From the NCBI GenBank assembly GCA_041736305.1, contig JBGSTX010000017.1, positions 1-13,367 on the forward strand: a stretch of DNA of 13,367 bases, read 5' to 3'. The translations under genes and the position numbers were made by a program. Shown here piece by piece: positions 1 to 6,306 of the stretch. The DNA is from Oligoflexus sp. GTDB taxonomy: Bacteria > Bdellovibrionota_B > Oligoflexia > Oligoflexales > Oligoflexaceae. Each line of letters starts with the position of its first letter. Position 1 is the stretch's first letter. The notes beneath the pieces were generated by a model. The model was given only the letters and a program-made list of their open reading frames with translations, had not been told where the DNA came from and ran no database searches.

Positions 1-112
1 CGATTTTTTCGCCGGCCTTGACCTTCAGATCGATATTGCGAAGGACTTGAAACTCGCCGAACCACTTCTGCAGACCTTCGACTTGCACGACTTCCTGAGT
101 TGTGTTTCCCAC
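1..112 (-). CDS. aapP: Amino acid ABC transporter ATP-binding protein, 5' fragment (continues beyond left edge)
   Basis: Not in the ORF track. Manual translation from GTG at 112 gives MGNTTQEVVQVEGLQKWFGEFQVLRNIDLKVKAGEKI, the typical N-terminus of GlnQ/AapP ATPases (KWFGxFQVLxxIxL). SD-like AAGGA at 123-119. Lies directly after aapM. Confidence 0.9.
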   Translation of the reverse strand, partial: MGNTTQEVVQVEGLQKWFGEFQVLRNIDLKVKAGEKI

Positions 113-148
113 AGGAATTTCCTTTCTTTACTGAGCGCGCCGAGTCCG

Positions 149-1225
149 CTAGGACGACTCGCGTAAACGATGCTCGATAGTTAGACTGTAGCGCGACATA
201 GCGAACGAGAAGAGCCAAAAAACAAAACCGGCAAAGAGGTAGCCTTCCATAGCTGTGCCGAGCCACTGCGGATCCGTGCTTGCCGCTTGTACCATGCCGA
301 GCAGGTCGAACATGCCGATGATGAGGACGAGACTACTGTCTTTGAAGAGCCCGATGAAGGTGTTGACGATGCCCGGGATTACCTTGCGCAGAGCCTGCGG
401 AATGACCACCAGGCTCATCATCTGCGGACGGGAAAGATTGAGAGCAATCGCCGCTTCATACTGTGAACGTGGTATCGCCTGCAGTCCGCCGCGCACTACT
501 TCAGCCATATATGCAGACGAGAAGAGAGTCACGCCGATGAGACAGCGAAAGAGCTTGTCTATTTCCATCCCCGGCGGCAGAAAAAGGGGCAGCATCACCG
601 AGGCCATAAAAAGCACCGCAATGAGTGGCACGCCCCTCCAGAGTTCGATGAAGGCGATGCTGAGCCAGCGAATCACCGGCAGCTCTGAACGACGCCCGAG
701 CGCCAGCACTATGCCGAGAGGAAGCGAAAGCGTAATGCCCGTAATGGCGATCAGCAGAGTCAGGAAGAGCCCACCCCACTGCGCGGTATCCACGTGCTGC
801 AGTCCTAACCAGCTACCTTCGAGGACAGCCCAGCTAACGAGTGGAACAAGGACGATCAGGCAGATCGCCCACAGTCCTTTTTTTCGCACTTTGAAAACTG
901 TGAAAATCGAACTCACCCAAATTCCGAGAGTCAGGATTGGTCGCCACAGTTCGGCGTAAGGATAGAATCCAAACATGAACTGCAAAAAACGCATTTTAAT
1001 GAAGACCCAGCAGGCCCCCGTCCCGGTGCAGGCACTGCGCTCTGTGCCCGACAGCTGCGCGTCTGTCACGAGCCATTTGTAGGCAGGCGCTAGCAGATAG
1101 TGGAGCAGGAAAAAGGCCAAGGCGGTGACTATAGCCTGGATGGGCGAGCGCTTGGCCCAGCGGACGAATTCGCTCCTCTTCCAGGTTTCACGAGGCGCCT
1201 CACCAGCTATGGTTTTAGTGTTCAT
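149..1225 (-). CDS. aapM: General L-amino acid ABC transporter permease (AapM/BztC/YhdY type)
   Basis: 358 aa, multiple TM segments. Family motifs GACW..I, WGGLFLTL, FIELWRGVPLI, EAA loop (AEVVRGGLQAIPRSQYEAAIAL), FIGLFKDSSLV. Confidence 0.95.
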   Translation of the reverse strand: MNTKTIAGEAPRETWKRSEFVRWAKRSPIQAIVTALAFFLLHYLLAPAYKWLVTDAQLSGTERSACTGTGACWVFIKMRFLQFMFGFYPYAELWRPILTLGIWVSSIFTVFKVRKKGLWAICLIVLVPLVSWAVLEGSWLGLQHVDTAQWGGLFLTLLIAITGITLSLPLGIVLALGRRSELPVIRWLSIAFIELWRGVPLIAVLFMASVMLPLFLPPGMEIDKLFRCLIGVTLFSSAYMAEVVRGGLQAIPRSQYEAAIALNLSRPQMMSLVVIPQALRKVIPGIVNTFIGLFKDSSLVLIIGMFDLLGMVQAASTDPQWLGTAMEGYLFAGFVFWLFSFAMSRYSLTIEHRLRESS

Positions 1226-2375
1226 ATCGCAGAACCCGTCTCTGATAGCTGTGCATAAAAGCAGATATCATCAAGCTGATGACGAGGTAAACGACCATCG
1301 TCAAAGCCATAATCTCGACCGCCTGACCGGTGATGTTGAGGGCGGTACCGGCAAAGATGAGGACCAAGTCCGGAAAGGCGATAGCGGCCGCTAGCGACGA
1401 ATTCTTCGTGAGGTTGAGATACTGCGATGTTAAGGGCGGTATAATCACCCGCAGTGCCTGCGGAAAAATAACGAGGCGCATGGTGTCGAAGGGAGAAAGG
1501 CCGAGAGCGAGAGCAGCTTCTCTCTGTCCCTTAGCAACCGAGAGGATCCCCGCACGGACAATCTCAGCGATAAAGGCCGCCGTATAAAGACTCAGAGCCA
1601 CGACGATCGCGACAAGTTCAGGGATCAGCTGCAGGCCACCGACAAAATTAAAACCTTCGAGCCGGGGCACGCTGATGGTCCACCTGCCGGCAAAACCGAG
1701 AGCTAAGAGAATAGGTAGCGCGAGGGGCAGAAAATAAGGCAGCAAATGCCACCAGGGAAAGCGTCCCTTAGCTAAGCGCGCTTTAACGGCCGCGGCTCGC
1801 CAGAAGTGTCCGACGATCAAGCCCAGGATGGTCACGCCCAGGAGACCTAAAAGAGCCGGCTTTTGGTCCGGAAAGGGCAGATAGAGACCTCGAATATTGA
1901 GGAAGACCATCTCTCCCACCGCGATGCTCGCGCGCGGTCCAGGTAGGTTTCGCAGCACAGCGAAGTACCAGAGGAAGAGCTGAAGCAGCAGAGGAATGTT
2001 GCGGAGAGTCTCGACGTAGGCCCCGCCGAGCCAGCGGAAGAGCGGATTGCTACCGAGCCGCATGAAAGCGACGACCAGACCGATGACACTAGCCCCTATG
2101 ACGCCGAGTGCTGCAACGAAGAGCGTATTGGTGAGGCCGACGAGAAACGCCTGGAAGAAAGTCGATCCTGCACCGTAGGGTATGAGCGAAAAAGCGATAT
2201 CAAATCCAGCCGGTCGGCTCAAGAAGCCGAAGCCCGAGGTTATCCCGCGGGCGTTGAGATTTTCTATTGTATTACTAGCAATAAAGCCCAGTCCTGCGAG
2301 GACCAGGCCGAGGCAAAGAGCCTGCAGGAGATAAGCGCGAAGCTGTCGCGTCTTGAGCAAGGAGGACCTCCTCAA
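1215..2375 (-). CDS. aapQ: General L-amino acid ABC transporter permease (AapQ/BztB/YhdX type)
   Basis: GITSGFGFL..PAGFDI, VGLTNTL, YVETLRNIPLLLQL, EAA loop (AEIVRAGILSVAKGQREAA), YLNLTKNSSLAAAI. The start may be the in-frame TTG at 2360, 5 nt after AGGAGGT, rather than the TTG at 2375. Confidence 0.95.
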   Translation of the reverse strand: MRRSSLLKTRQLRAYLLQALCLGLVLAGLGFIASNTIENLNARGITSGFGFLSRPAGFDIAFSLIPYGAGSTFFQAFLVGLTNTLFVAALGVIGASVIGLVVAFMRLGSNPLFRWLGGAYVETLRNIPLLLQLFLWYFAVLRNLPGPRASIAVGEMVFLNIRGLYLPFPDQKPALLGLLGVTILGLIVGHFWRAAAVKARLAKGRFPWWHLLPYFLPLALPILLALGFAGRWTISVPRLEGFNFVGGLQLIPELVAIVVALSLYTAAFIAEIVRAGILSVAKGQREAALALGLSPFDTMRLVIFPQALRVIIPPLTSQYLNLTKNSSLAAAIAFPDLVLIFAGTALNITGQAVEIMALTMVVYLVISLMISAFMHSYQRRVLRYEH

Positions 2376-3385
2376 CGGAAAGGCATGGGATAGTGGAGGC
2401 CGCCTTGTTTCCAGAGGGCATTCTGTCCCCGTTCTATTTTTAAAGGCGTAGCCTGGCCCAGATGACGATCGAAAATTTCTTGGTAATTACCGACCTGCTT
2501 GATCGTGCGTGCAGCCCAATCATTTGGTAGGCCGAGGCTCTTACCGAGTTCGCCTTCCGTTCCGAGGAGACGCCGGACGCTTGGGTTACTGTCTTTCATC
2601 ATCTGGTCGACATTGGCCGCAGTGACTTGCAGTTCTTCCGCCTCGATGAGGGCGTAGAGAGTCCAACGGACTATGTCGCCCCACTTGTTATCGCCATGGC
2701 GAACGACCGGACCCAGTGGTTCCTTGGAAATGATATCGGGCAAGACTTCGTTGTCCTCAGGTTTTTTCAGTTTAGTCCGGTCGGCAAAAAGGCCAGAGCG
2801 GTCGGCGCTGATAGCATCGCAGCGACCGGCATCGTAAGCGGCAACGACCTCATCATTTTTCTCGAAGGCCACCAGCTTGTATTGGAGTTTGGCGGCGCGG
2901 AAGAAGTCGGCCAGGTTCAACTCGGTAGTTGTTCCGAGCTGGACGCAGACGCTTGCGCCGCTTAGCTCTTTAGCGCTTTTTACGCCTAATTTCTTAGGCA
3001 CCATAAAACCTTGGCCGTCGTAGTACATGACTCCGGCAAAATCTACACCGAGCTGAGCGTCACGCTGAAAGGTCCAGGTTGTATTGCGAGAGAGTAGATC
3101 GATTTCGCCAGACTGCAGGGCAGTAAGCCGTTCTTTTGCCGAAAGCGGTCTGTACTTGACCTTAGTCGCATCGCCCAAAGCTGCAGCAGCGACAGCGCGG
3201 CAGAGGTCAACGTCGATACCCTGCCACTGGCCGGCCTTGTCGGGTGCAGAGAAACCAGCGAGGCCTTGGCTGACGCCGCACTTGAGAAAGCCGCGTTTTT
3301 TGACCTCATCCAGTGTGTCGGCCTGAAGTTTGGTCAGGGGTAGGAGCGTCAGATAAAGAGAGATACCAAGCCAAAAGGTCTTCAT
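2372..3385 (-). CDS. aapJ: General L-amino acid ABC transporter substrate-binding protein (AapJ/BztA type)
   Basis: Signal peptide MKTFWLG...LQA, then TLDEVKKRGFLKCGVS, GIDVDLCRAVAAA, LSRNTTWT..RD, ISKEPLGP, GGLHYPMPFR. Start moved from 3427 to ATG 3385 because GGAGGA (3397-3392) precedes it. 337 aa. Confidence 0.95.
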   Translation of the reverse strand: MKTFWLGISLYLTLLPLTKLQADTLDEVKKRGFLKCGVSQGLAGFSAPDKAGQWQGIDVDLCRAVAAAALGDATKVKYRPLSAKERLTALQSGEIDLLSRNTTWTFQRDAQLGVDFAGVMYYDGQGFMVPKKLGVKSAKELSGASVCVQLGTTTELNLADFFRAAKLQYKLVAFEKNDEVVAAYDAGRCDAISADRSGLFADRTKLKKPEDNEVLPDIISKEPLGPVVRHGDNKWGDIVRWTLYALIEAEELQVTAANVDQMMKDSNPSVRRLLGTEGELGKSLGLPNDWAARTIKQVGNYQEIFDRHLGQATPLKIERGQNALWKQGGLHYPMPFR

Positions 3386-3407
3386 GATCGTTCCTCCATG
3401 GGCGCTG

Positions 3408-3528
3408 AGAAGTCGGCACCTTAACATGGCCAGCGGACTGCAGCAAACGACTACAGCCTGGCTTGGAAATATCGATGAAGCATTTTGATAAGCATGTCAG
3501 TTGGAGAGGAGAGGAGTGGCCGACTTCT
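3408..3528. repeat. Perfect 10-bp inverted repeat bracketing the aapJ upstream region
   Basis: AGAAGTCGGC at 3408-3417 and GCCGACTTCT at 3519-3528, 101 bp apart. A (GGAGA)2GGAG tract lies at 3503-3516, just inside the right arm. Confidence 0.7.
3418..3446 (-). promoter_or_regulatory. Putative sigma70 promoter of the aap operon
   Basis: Minus strand TTGCTG (3446-3441), 17-nt spacer, TAAGGT (3423-3418), with an extended -10 TG (TGtTAAGGT). Motif match by eye only. Confidence 0.5.
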
Positions 3529-3545
3529 GTATGCGGAGCTCTGGA

Positions 3546-3848
3546 TCATCTCACGCAGAGTCCTTTGAGAACAACTTTCTGGTCGTAGGAGAGGAGCTTG
3601 AAGCTCGTGAGATGCTCCGTCATCACTGCCGCGATCCTGCCCGGGCACTTGCCTTGAAGCTCCTGATAGGCTTTCTCCACATAGCTTGTATCGGTCTGGA
3701 AGCTGAGGACGACAAAGTCCTCGCTGTCAGCGGTAATCCACTCGCCTTTACCTGCCGAGCTAGCATCCTGGCTACTGGCGTAGACTTGGTGAATCGAATG
3801 AGCACAGCCGGAGAGGAAGAGCATAGCGAGCATGAGGACTAATTTCAT
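3546..3848 (-). CDS. Small lipoprotein, paralog 4 of cassette (function unknown)
   Basis: 100 aa. Lipoprotein signal MKLVLMLAMLFLSG-C15. C-x29-C motif (KCPG...KGLC). AAGGG SD. Starts 3 bp after the upstream stop. Confidence 0.88.
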   Translation of the reverse strand: MKLVLMLAMLFLSGCAHSIHQVYASSQDASSAGKGEWITADSEDFVVLSFQTDTSYVEKAYQELQGKCPGRIAAVMTEHLTSFKLLSYDQKVVLKGLCVR

Positions 3849-3851
3849 GTT

Positions 3852-4175
3852 TTAACCCTTCTTCCCGTTCAAGCAATAGCCTTCCATGATCACGCCTTGG
3901 TTGCCTGCGAAACCGAGGAAGTAGTTGGTGTTTTGGTGCTTGGCGAGTATCCCTTCGATTTGGCCCTGGGGACACTGCTGCTCCAGAGCTTCGCGCGCTC
4001 GCGCTACAAATGAGTTACCAAAGGGGATCGCAAAGAAGACGAAGTCGGAAGCTGAGCTTACAATCTTCTGCTTCCTCGCCGCTGCCGGAGGAATTTGGCT
4101 GATAGAAATGGACTCCACGGTCTTGCAGCCTCCAGTAAATAGCAGGCCGCTGAGCAAAAGTAGCATTTTCTTCAT
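3852..4175 (-). CDS. Small lipoprotein, paralog 3 of cassette (function unknown)
   Basis: 107 aa. Signal MKKMLLLLSGLLFTGG-C17. C-x32-C motif (QCPQG...EGYC). ATGA overlap with the upstream gene. GAGG SD. Confidence 0.88.
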   Translation of the reverse strand: MKKMLLLLSGLLFTGGCKTVESISISQIPPAAARKQKIVSSASDFVFFAIPFGNSFVARAREALEQQCPQGQIEGILAKHQNTNYFLGFAGNQGVIMEGYCLNGKKG

Positions 4176-4570
4176 CGCTTGATTTCCTCTCTGTAGCTGG
4201 CGAGCTCACTCCACTCAGGTTCTATCGAAGCTTGGCTTTTCCGATGTGTCGTGCAATAGCCTTGCGCTGAGACTTCGCGCTTCATGAAAAAGGCTAGAAA
4301 GTAGAGTGTACGGGTATCGTGCGTGGTCACGCCGCGCACCTCGCCACCGGGGCAAGCCCCTTTCAATTTGTCAGTAAGCTGGAGGGCGAAGTCGTTATCG
4401 AAGTTAAAGCCGAGAACAATAAACTTTTCGACGCTTGCCTGAACCACTTTTTTGCGATCAGCAGGTATATTCGTCTGTGAAACGGCTTGGGTATACGTGC
4501 AGGCATTGAGTAGGGGCAGAAGCATAAGTAGAAGCGAAGCCAGGCATAGGGAGGCTCTTCGATTTTTCAT
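4172..4570 (-). CDS. Small lipoprotein, paralog 2 of cassette (function unknown)
   Basis: 132 aa. Signal MKNRR...LLPLLNA-C24. C-x32-C motif (ACPGG...QGYC) followed by a ~25-aa C-terminal tail. Confidence 0.88.
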   Translation of the reverse strand: MKNRRASLCLASLLLMLLPLLNACTYTQAVSQTNIPADRKKVVQASVEKFIVLGFNFDNDFALQLTDKLKGACPGGEVRGVTTHDTRTLYFLAFFMKREVSAQGYCTTHRKSQASIEPEWSELASYREEIKR

Positions 4571-4590
4571 GGTTCTCGCTCAGCTGAGGT

Positions 4591-5022
4591 TTACATGCAT
4601 GTGGCATCAACGCGCACGATCTGGCCCTTGACTAGCGGGTACTCCCGCGATTCGCGGATAGAGCTCACGTTGGTGAGATAGCCTGTTTTGCATTCGGCTG
4701 CCAGCCGTTCAGGGATCTGACGGGCGTAGAATTCCGAATAAACCGGAGCCCCCGTGCGTGGTCCCCACTGAAAGAGGGTAGTGTAGGCATCCATTGCTTT
4801 CCCTAGATTGCTGGCGCCTCGCGAGTTGAAGGAACGACCTATGCCACCGGCGATAGCTGCGGCTTCCTTAAGATCTACAGTCGTCTCGCTGACCATGACG
4901 CTGACAGGCCGACCTTTGCCCTTGGCATCGATATCACTCAATTGAACTTTGTAAAGCACGGCACAGCCGCTGCTGAAAAGCAGACTGAGACTGAGGCACG
5001 CGCCGACTAGCAGTCGCATCAT
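4591..5022 (-). CDS. Small lipoprotein, first and most divergent member of cassette (function unknown)
   Basis: 143 aa. Signal ...LSLLFSSG-C20. C-x30-C motif (ECKTG...DATC). AAGGGA SD at 5036-5031. Confidence 0.88.
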   Translation of the reverse strand: MMRLLVGACLSLSLLFSSGCAVLYKVQLSDIDAKGKGRPVSVMVSETTVDLKEAAAIAGGIGRSFNSRGASNLGKAMDAYTTLFQWGPRTGAPVYSEFYARQIPERLAAECKTGYLTNVSSIRESREYPLVKGQIVRVDATCM

Positions 5023-5049
5023 AGTTGGCTTCCCTTAAGTGTATAATCC

Positions 5050-5079
5050 ATTATATGGGGGATACTCGGCTGTACGCAA
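5050..5079 (-). promoter_or_regulatory. Putative sigma70 promoter of the lipoprotein cassette
   Basis: Minus strand TTGCGT (5079-5074), 18-nt spacer, perfect TATAAT (5055-5050), about 30 nt upstream of the ATG at 5022. Confidence 0.6.
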
Positions 5080-5191
5080 GGTTTTGGCAAGGACCCCAGC
5101 GAGCTGTAGCAAAGACCGACAGCCGCAGAGCCAAATACAGGCATAATTAATCAAACCTAAGAATATGGATGCGTCAGCGACCGCCATAAGA

Positions 5192-5220
5192 TGGTCATGA
5201 ATCTAGCGGTGCGCTAAGGT
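5192..5220 (+). promoter_or_regulatory. Possible promoter directly upstream of the long hairpin
   Basis: TGGTCA (5192-5197), 17-nt spacer, TAAGGT (5215-5220). Predicted start near 5227. Confidence 0.3.
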
Positions 5221-5233
5221 TCGATAGACGACT

Positions 5234-5294
5234 GCAGGTGATAAAGTTAGGGCGCGTCACCATGCGGTGGCAGCGCCCTAGCTTTATCACTTGC
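5234..5294 (+). ncRNA. Long hairpin, candidate small non-coding RNA or structured element of unknown family
   Basis: GCAGGTGATAAAGTTAGGGCGC-GTCACC atgc GGTGGC-A-GCGCCCTAGCTTTATCACTTGC. 28 pairs (25 Watson-Crick, 3 G-U), one bulged A (5272), 4-nt loop. The hairpin itself is certain; RNA-gene status is inferred. Confidence 0.5.
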
Positions 5295-5473
5295 CGCCTG
5301 AGCCTTTTCTGCTCTCTACAGAGAAGATCGAACAAGGATCTAAAGTATCATATTATCATACTCTTACAGATCACCAGTCATTTACACCAGAGACGAAACT
5401 CCTGCATTGAACACATATGAAACGAAATGACACAAGCACGCTCTCTGGCCCTAGAGACGCGGCCGAAGGCTTC

Positions 5474-5502
5474 TTGCCGGCAAAGCCCGAATAAGCTAAG
5501 GT
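5474..5502 (+). promoter_or_regulatory. Putative sigma70 promoter of the exonuclease gene
   Basis: TTGCCG (5474-5479), 17-nt spacer, TAAGGT (5497-5502). The -35 sits in the perfect palindrome TTGCCGGCAA (5474-5483). Confidence 0.45.
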
Positions 5503-5564
5503 CTAGGCATCTTTTCGGTGGCCTTGCGCGTGTGCGCTGAACGAGCCAAGAGGGTATTTTTCGC

Positions 5565-6248
5565 ATGACTCTCCTCCAGAATTCTATGTTTTTCGATATT
5601 CTTTTTCCGACCGACGAAGAAGAAGGCTACGGCAGTCAGGGACAGCTCTTTCTGCAGAAAGTCCTGCGTTTCTATCCCCTGCCCGAGACTCAATTCCGGC
5701 AAAGCCCGCTGGTGATCTTCGACTTTGAAACGACTGGCCTCGATTCTCTACGCGACCGCATCATCGAATTCGGTGCTATCAAATATCAGAACGGCCGTAA
5801 GGTCGACGAATTCTCCACTTTGATCAATCCCGATGTCCCGTTGAGCGACGCAGCCAGCCGGATTACAGGTATCACTGCCGATATGCTCATCGATCAACCT
5901 GCTATCGAAGAGATTATGCCGAGCTTCTTGCAGTTCATCGACAAGTCTATTCTCATCGCTCACAACGCTGAATTCGATATGAGCTTTCTTAAGGCCGCCT
6001 GCCAGAGGCTTGGCTACCAAATCGAATGGCCCTGCTTCTGTACGCTGAAGCTCTCGCGTGCGCTGCTCCCGGATCTCGAATCCAAGAATCTCGACTTCCT
6101 GGCCAAGCACTTCGGACTCACTTTTGCTGCACGCCACAGATCGATAGGTGACTGCGAGGTGACCGGTGGTGTCCTTGATGCTCTACTCGCTAAAGAGGGG
6201 GCTCATCTCCAGCAATGGAAAGATCTCGAAACATATCAGGTCAGTTAG
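5565..6248 (+). CDS. DEDDh 3'-5' exonuclease, DnaQ/PolC-exo-like
   Basis: 227 aa. ExoI IFDFETTGL, IIEFGA, ExoII AHNAEFD, CTLKLSR, ExoIII HRSIGD. AGAGGG SD upstream. Confidence 0.93.
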   Translation: MTLLQNSMFFDILFPTDEEEGYGSQGQLFLQKVLRFYPLPETQFRQSPLVIFDFETTGLDSLRDRIIEFGAIKYQNGRKVDEFSTLINPDVPLSDAASRITGITADMLIDQPAIEEIMPSFLQFIDKSILIAHNAEFDMSFLKAACQRLGYQIEWPCFCTLKLSRALLPDLESKNLDFLAKHFGLTFAARHRSIGDCEVTGGVLDALLAKEGAHLQQWKDLETYQVS

Positions 6249-6255
6249 CGTTCCT

Positions 6256-6306
6256 ATGACGCTCCGTCACCTGCTGCTTATGATTTGAGGGCCTTTCGAG
6301 GCCCTC
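6256..6306 (+). promoter_or_regulatory. Putative promoter plus palindrome/hairpin upstream of the carboxylase operon
   Basis: ATGACG (6256-6261), 17-nt spacer, TATGAT (6279-6284). Then GAGGGCCT-ttcg-AGGCCCTC (6287-6306), a perfect 8-bp stem with no following U-tract. Confidence 0.45.

Noticed and set aside
255-959. 234-aa + strand ORF, and the other antisense or alternate-frame ORFs within aap, liuB, atuA, liuD and the 12030 gene
   Set aside because: These are shadow ORFs fully overlapping well-supported genes, with no recognisable motifs or RBS.
3386-3427. Longer N-terminus of AapJ given by the ORF track
   Set aside because: It has no SD. ATG 3385 has GGAGGA and yields a normal signal peptide, and the extension overlaps the predicted promoter.
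3451-3495. 14-codon minus-strand uORF MLIKMLHRYFQARL as an attenuator leader for aapJ
   Set aside because: No SD (it is preceded by a CU tract), no run of a regulatory amino acid, and no terminator hairpin downstream.
5234-5294. Hairpin as retron msr/msd, SRP RNA, tRNA or CRISPR repeat
   Set aside because: No reverse transcriptase or cas gene in the window, a single copy only, no SRP GGAA loop with CAGG/AGCA internal loop, and no cloverleaf.
5238-5420. 60-aa ORF across the hairpin, and short ORFs from 5417 and 5378-5566 (-)
   Set aside because: No convincing SD, no toxin-like TM helix or motif. The hairpin explains the sequence better.
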